Shown here: one piece after another, positions 48,946-58,194 of the stretch
Position numbering within the stretch: position 1 is the first letter of the stretch
Layout of the letters: every line of letters begins with the position of its first letter
Notes under the pieces: model-generated
Databases searched by the model: none
Seen by the model: only the letters and a program-made list of their open reading frames with translations
Told to the model about the DNA's origin: nothing
Source: an uncultured candidatus Brocadiaceae bacterium
GTDB lineage: Bacteria > Planctomycetota > Brocadiia > SM23-32
Reading direction: 5' to 3'
DNA: 64,000 nucleotides
Assembly (NCBI GenBank): GCA_964434535.1
Contig: CAYSWA010000003.1
Location: 20,985 to 84,984 of the forward strand
Made by a program: the position numbers and the translations under genes

Positions 48946-50295
48946 ATGGCTGACGTGAAGGTGGCCCTGATCGGCGCCGGGAGCCGCAGCTTCGGCCCCG
49001 GCACCGTGCGCGACGTGCTGCTGAGCGAGCCCCTCCGCGAGCGGGGCGTCGAGCTGGCGTTGATGGACATCAGCAAGAAGCACCTGGCCGACTCGGCCGA
49101 CTACGCCCGCCGGGCCGCCGAGCGGCTCGACCACCCCGCCCGGATCACGGCCACCACCGACCTGTGCGAGACGCTGGACGGGGCCGACTTCGCCGTCGCC
49201 GCCATCGAGGTCGACCGCTTCCTCTACTGGGCGATGGACTTCCACGTGCCGCGCAGCCACGGCTTCCGCCAGGTCTTCGGCGAGAACGGCGGCCCCGGGG
49301 GCATCTTCCACGCGCTGCGCAACATGGGGCCGATGGTCGAGATCGGGCGCGCCATGGAGCAGCTCTGCCCCGAGGCCGTGCTGCTCAACTTCACCAACCC
49401 GGAGCACAAGCTCTGCGAGGCGCTCACCCGCCTGAGCTCGACCCCGACCGTCGGCCTCTGCCACGGCTACTTCATGGGCCGGGAGCAGCTCGCGCGCATA
49501 CTCGCGGTGGAGCCCGAGGAGCTGGACGCCGTCGCCTGCGGCATGAACCACTTCACCTGGTTCCAGTCGATCCGCGACCGGGCCAGCGGGGAGGACCTCT
49601 ACCCCCGGCTGCGCGAGGCCGAGCGCGAGGGCGAGTGGCTGCACGACTGGCACGAGATCGCCCTGGCCCGCGTGCTGCTGCGCCGGTTCGGGCTCTGGCC
49701 CTCGCCGGCGGCGAACCACTACGGGGAGTACATCGGCTGGGCCGAGGAGTTCGTCGCCGACGAGATGCAGTTCTTCTACGACCCGGCCGAGGGGCAGCCG
49801 TGGGAGACGGGCGAGGTGCCCGAGTTCGTCTACTCCCTGAGCCAGGGCCCGCACCAGCGCTCCTGGCGCCGGCCCGCCGATGCCACGCCCGTGGAGGACG
49901 ACGAGACACCCCTGAAGCCCTCCGGCGAGCTGGCCGTGCCGATCATGGAGGCGCTCGCCTGCGGCCTGGAGCGTGACCTGCCGGCGGTCAACGTGCCGAA
50001 CAAGGGGACGATTCCCAACCTGCCCGACGACATGGTCGTCGAGGTGCCGGCCACGGGCGACGCCGAGGGCCTGCACCCGGTGCAGTGCGAGCCGCTGCCC
50101 GAGCCGATCGCGGCGATGCTCCGCGTGCAGGCGAGCATCCACCGGCTCATCGTCGAGGCATTCGCCGAGGGCTCGCGCGACAAGCTGATCCAGGCCGTGC
50201 TGCTCGACCCGGTCGTGGACGGCTACCGCCGGGCGGTCGAGATGGTGGACGAGATGCTCCGGCTCCAGGCAGACATCCTGCCGCCGCTGGGTTGA
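48946..50295 (+). CDS. glycoside hydrolase family 4 (NAD+/Mn2+-dependent alpha-glucosidase/galactosidase-like)
   Basis: KVALIGAGSRSFG Rossmann N-terminus, NFTNP, CHGY, GMNHFTWF motifs of GH4. Confidence 0.85.
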   Translation: MADVKVALIGAGSRSFGPGTVRDVLLSEPLRERGVELALMDISKKHLADSADYARRAAERLDHPARITATTDLCETLDGADFAVAAIEVDRFLYWAMDFHVPRSHGFRQVFGENGGPGGIFHALRNMGPMVEIGRAMEQLCPEAVLLNFTNPEHKLCEALTRLSSTPTVGLCHGYFMGREQLARILAVEPEELDAVACGMNHFTWFQSIRDRASGEDLYPRLREAEREGEWLHDWHEIALARVLLRRFGLWPSPAANHYGEYIGWAEEFVADEMQFFYDPAEGQPWETGEVPEFVYSLSQGPHQRSWRRPADATPVEDDETPLKPSGELAVPIMEALACGLERDLPAVNVPNKGTIPNLPDDMVVEVPATGDAEGLHPVQCEPLPEPIAAMLRVQASIHRLIVEAFAEGSRDKLIQAVLLDPVVDGYRRAVEMVDEMLRLQADILPPLG

Positions 50296-50540
50296 GGGCG
50301 GCACGCCTTCGGCCGCAGAGCGGGCAGGGGAAGGCCAGCAGCAGGTTGAAGGCGGGAGGATGAGGGACGAAGTGACGGCTTCCCGCTCGTCCTCGTCGTG
50401 GTTCTTCTCGCCGTCTTCGGTGACCTGCGAGCCTCCGTGGTGAACCACGCCGCCGCCGGGGCGTATAGTTGCGCCGGGCGCGCCGGTGCGCCAGAATGGC
50501 GGGGCTGGCCTGATCCCATCTGAGCGAAGAGATAGGCGCG

Positions 50541-51902
50541 ATGAGAGGCGAGCTGCTCGAGCTGTGCCAGAAGCTGCCGGCCGACTACGCCGAGGTGCGC
50601 GTGCAGGAGGGCACGTCCACCAGCATCCAATACGCGGGCCGGGAGCTGGAAGACATCGGCGAGCGCACCGGCCGGGGCGGCTGCGTCCGCGTGCTCAAGG
50701 ACGGCGGCTGGGGGTTCGCCACGTTCAACGACCTGGGCCGCATCGAGCAGTACGCCCGCATGGCGCTGCGCCAGGCGGAGCTGGTCCAGGGCCACCCGTT
50801 CGGGCTGGCGCCGGTCGAGCCGGTGCAGGCGACGTACCGCACCGAGGTCGAGTGCGACCCGGCCGACGTGCCGCTCGAAGAGAAGCAGCGGATGTGCCAC
50901 CGCTACAACCGGGCCATCCTCGCCAACGAGCGCGTCCAGACCAGCATCGTCGTCTACCGCGACAGCCGGGCGAGCACCTACTACGCCAACTCCGACGGGG
51001 CCTGCATCGAGCAGCAGTACGCCTTCTGCGGGGCGCTGGTCGGGGCGATCGCCGTCGAGGGGGCGAACATCCAGCGCGCCTTCGAGTCGGTCGGCGACCT
51101 GCGCGGCTACGATAAGGTGGCCGCGATGGACGAGGACTGCGAGAAGGCCGTGCGCCGGGCGGTGGAGTCCCTGGAGGCCAGGCCCGTCGAGGCCGGCGCC
51201 TACACCGTGATCGTCGACCCCAGGCTCTGCGGCGTCTTCGTCCACGAGGCATTCGGGCACCTGAGCGAGTCGGACTTCGTCTACGAGAACCCGCGCCTGC
51301 AGGAGATCATGAAGCTCGGGCGGCGCTTCGGGCCGCAGGTCCTCAACATCACCGACGATGGCTCGATGGCCGGCGAGGCCGGCTTCGTCGCCTACGACAG
51401 CGAGGGCGTGCCCGGCTCGCGCACGCCCCTGGTCAAGGACGGCGTCCTGGTGGGCCGCCTGCACAACCGCGAGACGGCCGCCAAGATGGGCGAGGAGCCG
51501 ACGGGCAACGCCCGCGCCATCTCCTACCGCCACCAGCCCATCGTGCGCATGACCAACACCCTCATGGAGCCGGGGGAGACGAGCTTCGAGGAGATGCTCG
51601 CCGAGACCCCGGACGGCATCTACGCCGTGGGCATGCTCGGCGGGCAGACCAACATGGAGATGTTCACCTTCAGCGCCGAGGAGGCATACCGCATCCGCGA
51701 CGGCCGGGTCGCCGAGAAGGTCCGCGACGTGGTCCTGACCGGCAACGTGTTCAAGACGCTCCAGAACATCGACCGGGTCGGCAGCGACTTCAAGATGCAC
51801 GGCGGCCTGGGCGGCTGCGGCAAGGGCGGCCAGAGCCCCCTGCGGGTCGGCGACGGCGGGCCCCACTGCCGCATACGGGACGTGGTCATCGGCGGGCGGT
51901 GA
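50541..51902 (+). CDS. tldD: TldD-family zinc metalloprotease
   Basis: HEAFGH zinc motif, GGxGxC-containing C-terminus (GGLGGCGKGGQ). 453 aa. Confidence 0.9.
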   Translation: MRGELLELCQKLPADYAEVRVQEGTSTSIQYAGRELEDIGERTGRGGCVRVLKDGGWGFATFNDLGRIEQYARMALRQAELVQGHPFGLAPVEPVQATYRTEVECDPADVPLEEKQRMCHRYNRAILANERVQTSIVVYRDSRASTYYANSDGACIEQQYAFCGALVGAIAVEGANIQRAFESVGDLRGYDKVAAMDEDCEKAVRRAVESLEARPVEAGAYTVIVDPRLCGVFVHEAFGHLSESDFVYENPRLQEIMKLGRRFGPQVLNITDDGSMAGEAGFVAYDSEGVPGSRTPLVKDGVLVGRLHNRETAAKMGEEPTGNARAISYRHQPIVRMTNTLMEPGETSFEEMLAETPDGIYAVGMLGGQTNMEMFTFSAEEAYRIRDGRVAEKVRDVVLTGNVFKTLQNIDRVGSDFKMHGGLGGCGKGGQSPLRVGDGGPHCRIRDVVIGGR

Positions 51903-51955
51903 TCCGCTCGTCCTCGTCGTCGTCCTCGTTCTCGTCCTCGAAGGCGAGAGGGATC

Positions 51956-52474
51956 ATGCTGGACCACGAGAAACTGGATGTCTACCAGGCGGAACTGCGA
52001 TTCATGGCGTGGACCAACACGCTCCTTAACGAGCTGGAGGGGGGCTGTGCGCGAAGCGTTGCGCACATTGTCGATCATCTGCGACGAGCCAGCCTGAGCG
52101 CGCTGCTGAACACGGCCGAAGGCAACGGGAAGCGACAGAGGCCCGTGCGTGCGCGGTTCTTCGACGACGCGCGGGGTTCCGCCGCCGAGTGCGCCGCCTG
52201 TCTGGACGCACTTGTCAGCATCAGCGCCGTGGACGCCGGACGCGTCGCAGAGGGGAAGGACCTGGTTGTCCGCATCGTTTCCATGCTGACGAAGCTCGTA
52301 AGCCTTTACTCAGCGCGTCAGGGTCGAGTGCGGGAGAACGGTGCCCCGTACGATCTGGATGCCGAATGCCTTGCCCATGTGGACGCGGCTGGGCCGGCAC
52401 GGCTGGACGAGGACGACGACGAGGACGACGACGAGCGGGTCAACTCACCTGATTCCCGTGGAAGAAGGCAATGA
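51956..52474 (+). CDS. four-helix-bundle protein (23S rRNA intervening-sequence / Avd-like family) with acidic C-terminal tail
   Basis: Starts MLDHEKLDVYQ (family N-terminal pattern), about 120-aa helical core, then DEDDDEDDDE tail. GAGAGGGA RBS. TGA overlaps the tldE ATG (ATGA). Confidence 0.7.
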   Translation: MLDHEKLDVYQAELRFMAWTNTLLNELEGGCARSVAHIVDHLRRASLSALLNTAEGNGKRQRPVRARFFDDARGSAAECAACLDALVSISAVDAGRVAEGKDLVVRIVSMLTKLVSLYSARQGRVRENGAPYDLDAECLAHVDAAGPARLDEDDDEDDDERVNSPDSRGRRQ

Positions 52475-53787
52475 ACGACGGCATCGCTGAACGCATCCTG
52501 GCGGCGGCCGCCGCGCGGTTCGACGCCGCCGAGCTCTACGAGGAGAGCGGCGAGTCCGTCTCGGTCAGCTTCGACGACAACCGCCTCAAGGAGATCATCA
52601 CGCGCCAGACCCACGGCGTGGGCCTGCGCGTGATCCACCGGGGGCGCATCGGGTTCGCCGCCACCAGCGACCTGCGCGACGCCGACCGCCTGCTCGATAT
52701 GGCCGAGGCGAGCGCCGCCTACGGCGACGAGGCCAGGTTCGAGCTTCCGCCGCATCCGGTCGACCTGCCCGACGTCGAGACCTACGACGAGGCCGTGCTC
52801 GGCGTCGGCGCCGAGCAGATGACGGCGATGGGCCGCGAGGCCCTGGCGATGAGCCGCGAGGCGAACGACGACTACCTCTACGGCTGCGGGCTGACGCGCT
52901 CGGCCGGCGCCTGCCGCATCCTCAACACGGCGGGCCTCGCCGTCGCCTACAGCTCCACCAGCATGTCGGGCCACGTCGGCGTCCAGCTCGTCAGCGACGA
53001 CGGCCTGCTTCAGGTCTACGAGTACAAGAGCTGGAGCCGGCCGTTCGAGAGCGTCACCGACCTGGCCCGCACCGTGCTGCGGAAGATGGCCGCGGCCCGG
53101 ACCATCGTGCCCGCCCGCCTGGAGGCGATGCCGATGGTCTTCACGCCGAAGGCGCTGGGCAACCTGTTCGGCCCGCTCGGCATCGCGCTCAACGGCAAGC
53201 ACGTCCACAAGGGCAGCTCCGTGCTGGCCGGCCGCATCGGCGAGCAGGTGCTCGACCCCCGGCTGACGATCACCGACGACCCGACCGTGCCCTTCGCGCC
53301 GGGCACTTGCCCGGTCGACGACGAGGGCCTGCCCGCGCGGCGCCAGCACCTGTTCCAAGCGGGGGTGCTCAGGACCTACATGACCGACCTCCAGACGGCC
53401 GCCCTGCTCGGGGTGGAGCCGAGCGGCCACGCCTCGCGCAGCTACTCCAGCCGGCCCGCCCCCTCGCCGACCAACGTCATCGTGGGTGAGGGCGATGCCT
53501 CCTACGACGAGATGGTGGCGGGCATGGAGCGCGGGCTCATCATCGAGCAGACGCTCGGCGCGGGCCAGAGCAACGTGCTCGCCGGCGAGTTCAGCGTCAA
53601 CGTCGAGCTCGGCTTCCTGGTCGAGGACGGCCAGGTGCGCGGGCGGGTCAAGGACTGCATGGTCGCCGGCAACGTCTACGAGGTGCTCGCGCGCGTCGAG
53701 GCGATCGGCAGCGAGCCGGCCTGGCTCGGCAGCCGCTGCGCCCCGCCGCTGATGGTCGGCGGGCTCAAACTCGCCGCGCAGGGATAG
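52471..53787 (+). CDS. pmbA: TldE/PmbA-family protein (partner of TldD)
   Basis: PmbA/TldE fold; lacks HExxH. Conserved GxGxS-like and C-terminal GG motifs. Translationally coupled to the preceding gene. Confidence 0.85.
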   Translation: MNDGIAERILAAAAARFDAAELYEESGESVSVSFDDNRLKEIITRQTHGVGLRVIHRGRIGFAATSDLRDADRLLDMAEASAAYGDEARFELPPHPVDLPDVETYDEAVLGVGAEQMTAMGREALAMSREANDDYLYGCGLTRSAGACRILNTAGLAVAYSSTSMSGHVGVQLVSDDGLLQVYEYKSWSRPFESVTDLARTVLRKMAAARTIVPARLEAMPMVFTPKALGNLFGPLGIALNGKHVHKGSSVLAGRIGEQVLDPRLTITDDPTVPFAPGTCPVDDEGLPARRQHLFQAGVLRTYMTDLQTAALLGVEPSGHASRSYSSRPAPSPTNVIVGEGDASYDEMVAGMERGLIIEQTLGAGQSNVLAGEFSVNVELGFLVEDGQVRGRVKDCMVAGNVYEVLARVEAIGSEPAWLGSRCAPPLMVGGLKLAAQG

Positions 53788-53841
53788 GAGACGATCCCGC
53801 TCGTCGTGCTCGTGGTGTCGTCGTGGTGAGGGAAGGCCGTG

Positions 53842-54660
53842 ATGGATGAGGGCGACTGGCTCGATCGCATCCACTGCGAGGACTGCCTGACCGGGATGCG
53901 CCGGCTCCTGCCCGACGAGTCCGTCGACGTGATCGTCACCTCCCCGCCTTACAACATCGGCGTCGCCTACGACGCTCACGACGATAACATGCCCCTGAGC
54001 GAGTACCTGGACTGGATCGGCGAGGTGGCCGCCCAGTGCCGCCGCGTGCTCAGGCAGGACGGCTCGTTCTTCCTCAACGTCGGGGACCGGCCGTCGGACG
54101 AGCTGCGCTCGCTGCGCGTGGCCGAGCGGGCCATCGGCGCCGGACTGCGGCTCCAGAACACGATCCACTGGATCAAGTCCATCGCCGCGCCCGAAGAGGG
54201 CGTCAACATGGGCCACTACAAACCGGTCAACAGCCCCCGCTTCCTGAACAACGGACACGAGTTCATCTTCCACCTCACGCGCACCGGCTCGGTGGGGCTG
54301 GACAAGCTCGCCGTCGGCGTCCCTTACCAGGACAAGAGCAACATCGGCCGCTGGAAGTCGGCCCGGCGGGACTGCCGCGACCGGGGCAACACGTGGTACA
54401 TCCCCTACGAGACGGTGACCGGGGCCAAGCCGCACCCGGCGGCCTTCCCCGAGAGGCTGCCCGAGATGTGCATCCGCCTCCACGGGCTGCGGCCGGGCCT
54501 GGCGGTGCTCGACCCCTTCCTGGGCACGGGCGCGACGGCCCTGGCCGCCCGCCGGCTCGGCTGCCGCTGGGTCGGGTTCGAGGTAAGCAGCGAGTACGCG
54601 GCCGAGGCGCGCCGGCGGCTCGCCCGCGTGGCGAGCGAGACCGGCCTCTTCCCCACCTGA
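53842..54660 (+). CDS. beta-class DNA methyltransferase (N4-cytosine or N6-adenine), apparently orphan
   Basis: TSPPY (motif IV) near the N-terminus and FLGTGAT (motif I) near the C-terminus: the beta-class order. 272 aa. No nuclease gene nearby. Confidence 0.8.
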   Translation: MDEGDWLDRIHCEDCLTGMRRLLPDESVDVIVTSPPYNIGVAYDAHDDNMPLSEYLDWIGEVAAQCRRVLRQDGSFFLNVGDRPSDELRSLRVAERAIGAGLRLQNTIHWIKSIAAPEEGVNMGHYKPVNSPRFLNNGHEFIFHLTRTGSVGLDKLAVGVPYQDKSNIGRWKSARRDCRDRGNTWYIPYETVTGAKPHPAAFPERLPEMCIRLHGLRPGLAVLDPFLGTGATALAARRLGCRWVGFEVSSEYAAEARRRLARVASETGLFPT

Positions 54661-54754
54661 GCCGCGTGCGGACCCCTTGCGCGGCGCCAGCGGCCCGACT
54701 ACCATGCCGGCCGGCGAATCCGCGTTCTTACCGAACACGAAGGGGAGGGGCACG

Positions 54755-55471
54755 ATGCTGATGGAAGGGAAGGTCGCGCTGATCACCGGGGCGAACCGCG
54801 GGCTGGGGCGCGCGCTCTGTAAGGCGCTCGCCGAGCGGGGCGCCACGGTGCTGATGGTCTGCCGCGACGAAGAGGCCGGCGCCGAGGCCGCGCGCCGGCT
54901 CTGGGAGCGCGAGCTCGACGTCGCCCTCCACGTCGCCGACGTGGCGAGCATCAGCGACATCGAGCGGCTCTACGACGAGGTCTCGGCCAAGTTCGACCGG
55001 CTCGACGCGCTGGTCAACAACGCGGGGGTGAACCTGGACGAGGCCGACACCACCATCGAGACGCTGCCGCTGGCCACGCTGGAGATGACGCTGGACATCA
55101 ACTTCCGCGGGCCGGTCTGGCTCTGCCGCATGTTCCTGCCGCTGCTGAAGCGCTCGCAGTCCGGCCGCATCATCAACTACACCTCGGGGCTCGGCCGGCT
55201 CACCATCGAGCAGGCGGGCAGCTACCCCGCCTACAGCATGTCCAAGACGGCGATCAACGCGCTGACCAAGGTGCTGGCGGCGGAGGTGGAGGCGGACGGC
55301 ATCATCGTCAACTCGGTCGATCCGGGCTGGTGCCGGACGGACCTGGGCGGCGCCGGCGCGCCGCGCCCGGTCGAGGAGGGGATCACCGCCGCCCTCTACC
55401 TGGCCACGGCCGACGCGGGCGAGCTCCAGACCGGCTGCCTCTACTACGACCGCGAGGTCATCAGCTGGTAG
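54755..55471 (+). CDS. SDR-family oxidoreductase (carbonyl-reductase-like)
   Basis: ITGANRGLGRA, NNAG, YSMSKTA (YxxxK). GGGGAGGGG RBS. Confidence 0.85.
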   Translation: MLMEGKVALITGANRGLGRALCKALAERGATVLMVCRDEEAGAEAARRLWERELDVALHVADVASISDIERLYDEVSAKFDRLDALVNNAGVNLDEADTTIETLPLATLEMTLDINFRGPVWLCRMFLPLLKRSQSGRIINYTSGLGRLTIEQAGSYPAYSMSKTAINALTKVLAAEVEADGIIVNSVDPGWCRTDLGGAGAPRPVEEGITAALYLATADAGELQTGCLYYDREVISW

Positions 55472-55500
55472 GGGGGGTGCTGCAGTGCTCTGCTCACGCG

Positions 55501-55529
55501 TTGACACCGGGGATGCCGTGCATTACATT
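55501..55529 (+). promoter_or_regulatory. candidate promoter TTGACA-N17-TACATT in the 250-nt leader upstream of smpB
   Basis: Perfect -35. No tmRNA-like sequence found in this gap. Confidence 0.3.
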
Positions 55530-55721
55530 GTGCAGTCCAGCACGTGCTGCTACTGGTGGATTCTGCCGCCGATCTCGTTCGTGGTGCAGCCCGTCGTCGG
55601 CAACGTGGCGGGCGACACCCGCTGACTCAGGCGTCCGGCGCGACCCCCGGCCGGCTCGCGCTGGCCCGACGCCGTCCCGCCCCGCATAGCTCGCGCCCCG
55701 GGCCTTGCCCGTGGAGCCGCC

Positions 55722-56189
55722 GTGAAGCCACGCGAAGCCAACATCCAGCCGGTCGCGCGGAACCGCCGCGCCCTGCGCGACTTCGTCATCGAGGAGACCT
55801 ACGAGGCGGGCATGGAGCTGGTGGGCACCGAGGTGAAGAGCCTGCGCAACGGCAACTGCTCCCTGGCCCAGGCATACGCCCGCCCGCGCGGCGAGGAGCT
55901 CTACCTGATCGACGTGCACATACCGCCCTACGAGCAGGGCAACATCCAGAACCACGAGCCGACCCGCCCCCGCAAGCTGCTGCTGCACCGGCGCGAGATC
56001 GACCGCATCATCAGCCAGTGCACGCAGCGCGGCTACACGCTGATCCCCCTGCGCGTCTACTTCAAGGACGGCTACGCGAAGGTGGAGATCGGCCTGGCGC
56101 GCCGGCGGCAGAAGTGGGACAAGCGCCAGAAGAAGGAGGCCGAGCAGCGCCGCAAGGACGCCCGCGACGCCCTGCGCCGCCGCCGGTGA
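55722..56189 (+). CDS. smpB: SsrA-binding protein
   Basis: RRALRDFVIEETYEAGMELVGTEVKSLR, KLLLHRREI and basic C-terminal tail. GTG start. Confidence 0.9.
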   Translation: MKPREANIQPVARNRRALRDFVIEETYEAGMELVGTEVKSLRNGNCSLAQAYARPRGEELYLIDVHIPPYEQGNIQNHEPTRPRKLLLHRREIDRIISQCTQRGYTLIPLRVYFKDGYAKVEIGLARRRQKWDKRQKKEAEQRRKDARDALRRRR

Positions 56190-56205
56190 AGACAGACGGC
56201 GCCTG

Positions 56206-57168
56206 TCAGGTGTCGTTGCCGTCGCGCAGGTCCAGCCAGGCGGCTTCCTCGTCGCTCAGGTCCAGGTAGAGCGCCTCGATGTTCTCCTCCAGCTCGCGCC
56301 GGCTCATGCAGCCGACCAGGGGGAAGACGTTCAGGCCCAGGCTCATCACGTAGGCCATCGCGACCTGGGGCACCGTGACGCCGCGCCGCTGGGCCAGCTC
56401 GCGGGCGCGGTCCAGGCGGCGGAAGTTCCGTTCGTGGGCGAATCCCCGGCGGGCCGCCTCGTCGAGCACTTCCTCGTAGTTCTCTCGCGTGACGCGGCCC
56501 GAGAAGAGCCCCCGCGCCAGGCTCGACCAGGCGAAGACGGGCATCTGGCTGGCGCGGTACCATTGCCGCGCATCGCGGCCCTGCGGCCCGCCGATGCTCA
56601 GGCATCCGCCCCAGGGCTCGCCGACCTGCTCGGCGAGGGTAAGGTTCGGGCTGCTGGCGGTGAAGGGCGTGAGGCCGTGCTCGGCGGCGTAATCGTTCGC
56701 CTCCTGGATGCGCTGGTGCGACCAGTTCGAGCCGCCGAAGGCGTTGATCAGCCCGGCCGCCAGGTGCCGGTTGAGCACCTCCACGATGGGCCCGACCGCC
56801 GCGCCCGCATCGTCGCGGTGCAGCATGTAGAGGTCGATGTAGTCGGTGGCGAGCCGCTCGAGCGAATCGTGCAGGTCGGAGGTGATGCACTCGGGGTTGA
56901 CGCGCGGCTCGCCGTAGGGATGGGCGCCCTTGCCCAGGATCATGACCTGCTCGCGCACGCCGCGCTCGGCGATCCATCGCCCCAGCGTCCTCTCGGTGTC
57001 CTCGCCGTAGACGTGCGCCGTGTCGAAGGCGTTCGCGCCGAGCGCGTAGACGTCGTCCAGCAGCCCGAACGTGCCCTCCAGGTCCTTGGAGTTGACCATC
57101 ATCGTGCCCATCACCAGCCGCGAGATGGGCTTCTGGATGCCGGGCAGCTCTGCGTGCTTCATCTCCAT
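56206..57168 (-). CDS. aldo/keto reductase
   Basis: AFDTAHVYG, YIDLYMLHR, GGSNW motifs. Start at MEMKHAELPG; the upstream 330 R-rich codons of the ORF are rejected. Confidence 0.85.
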   Translation of the reverse strand: MEMKHAELPGIQKPISRLVMGTMMVNSKDLEGTFGLLDDVYALGANAFDTAHVYGEDTERTLGRWIAERGVREQVMILGKGAHPYGEPRVNPECITSDLHDSLERLATDYIDLYMLHRDDAGAAVGPIVEVLNRHLAAGLINAFGGSNWSHQRIQEANDYAAEHGLTPFTASSPNLTLAEQVGEPWGGCLSIGGPQGRDARQWYRASQMPVFAWSSLARGLFSGRVTRENYEEVLDEAARRGFAHERNFRRLDRARELAQRRGVTVPQVAMAYVMSLGLNVFPLVGCMSRRELEENIEALYLDLSDEEAAWLDLRDGNDT

Positions 57169-57200
57169 CGGTTCGGCTCCTGTGTGCGGTCGGGTGTTTG

Positions 57201-58184
57201 CTACTCGAAGGGGTATTTCAGGCCCCACTGCTGGCGGACGCTGTCCATCGTGCGCGCGATGGACAGCGATTCGCTCGGCGGCATCACCGCGCTTTCGGTC
57301 ATGCCGGCGCGCAGGCACTGCATCACCTCGGCCGCCTCGCACTGGTAGCCGTTGCCCTCGTAGGGCAGCTCCATCTCCTGCTGCTCGCCGTCGGAGGGGA
57401 CCACGGTGAGCCGGTCGGTCTTCCAGAAGGGGTGGTGGAGGCGGATGTAGCCGTCGGTGCCGGCGATGACGGCCTCGTGCGGCACGAAGGTGCGCACGGC
57501 GCAGGACAGCACGCCGAGGCGGCCGCCGGAGTGCTTGATGAGGATGGCGGCCTGCTCGTCGACGCCGGTCTCGCCGATGTGGGCCAGCGAGGCGACCTCC
57601 TCCGGTGGGCCCCCGTAGATCATCGAGGCGAGCGCCAGCGTGTAGCCGCCGACGTCGAGCAGCCCGCCGCCGGCCAGCTCGGCGTTGAGCAGGCGGCCCT
57701 CGGGGTTCCATCCGGTGCGGAAGCAGAAGTCGGCCTTCACCATGCGCACCTGGCCGATGACCCCTTCGGCGAGCAGCTCGCGCAGGCGCACGATCGCCGG
57801 CAGGAAGCGCGTCCACACCGCCTCCATCAGGAACAGCCCTTCCTCGCGCGCGCAGTCGATCAGCTTCCCCGCCTGGCGGGCGTTGACCGTGAGCGGCTTC
57901 TCGCAGAGCACGGCCTTGCCCCCGCGCAGGCAGAGCATGCTGTCCCGCAGGTGCATCGGATGGGGAGTGGCCACGTAGACGACGTCGACCTCGGGGTCGT
58001 CGGCCAGGTCTTCGTAACTGGGGTGGGCTCGGGCGACCTCCCAGCGCTCGGCGAACTGCTCGGCCGTCTCGCGGGCGCGGGAGCCGACGGCGACCAGCTC
58101 CGCCTCGTCCAGGTAGCTGAGCCCTTCGGCGAACTTCGCGGCGATGTGGCCGGTGCCGAGTATCCCCCATCGGATCGGCTCCAT
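57201..58184 (-). CDS. Gfo/Idh/MocA-family oxidoreductase
   Basis: IRWGILGTGHIA Rossmann, EKPL, dimerisation/C-terminal domain. Confidence 0.85.
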   Translation of the reverse strand: MEPIRWGILGTGHIAAKFAEGLSYLDEAELVAVGSRARETAEQFAERWEVARAHPSYEDLADDPEVDVVYVATPHPMHLRDSMLCLRGGKAVLCEKPLTVNARQAGKLIDCAREEGLFLMEAVWTRFLPAIVRLRELLAEGVIGQVRMVKADFCFRTGWNPEGRLLNAELAGGGLLDVGGYTLALASMIYGGPPEEVASLAHIGETGVDEQAAILIKHSGGRLGVLSCAVRTFVPHEAVIAGTDGYIRLHHPFWKTDRLTVVPSDGEQQEMELPYEGNGYQCEAAEVMQCLRAGMTESAVMPPSESLSIARTMDSVRQQWGLKYPFE

Positions 58185-58194
58185 GGTCTTCCTC

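Noticed and set aside
50464-50469. TATAGT -10 candidate upstream of tldD
   Set aside because: No acceptable -35 at 16-18 bp spacing (best is GGTGAA at 19 bp). Left uncalled as a feature.
55472-55721. tmRNA (ssrA) expected next to smpB
   Set aside because: The gap is only about 250 nt. There is no tRNA-like acceptor/T-arm (GGTTCGA.TCC…CCA) and no tmRNA 5' consensus.
56206-58170. Single 654-aa ORF read as one gene
   Set aside because: Only the C-terminal 320 aa (from MEMKHAELPG) is an aldo/keto reductase. The N-terminal about 330 aa is an R/P/G-rich run-on overlapping the real Gfo/Idh/MocA gene in another frame.
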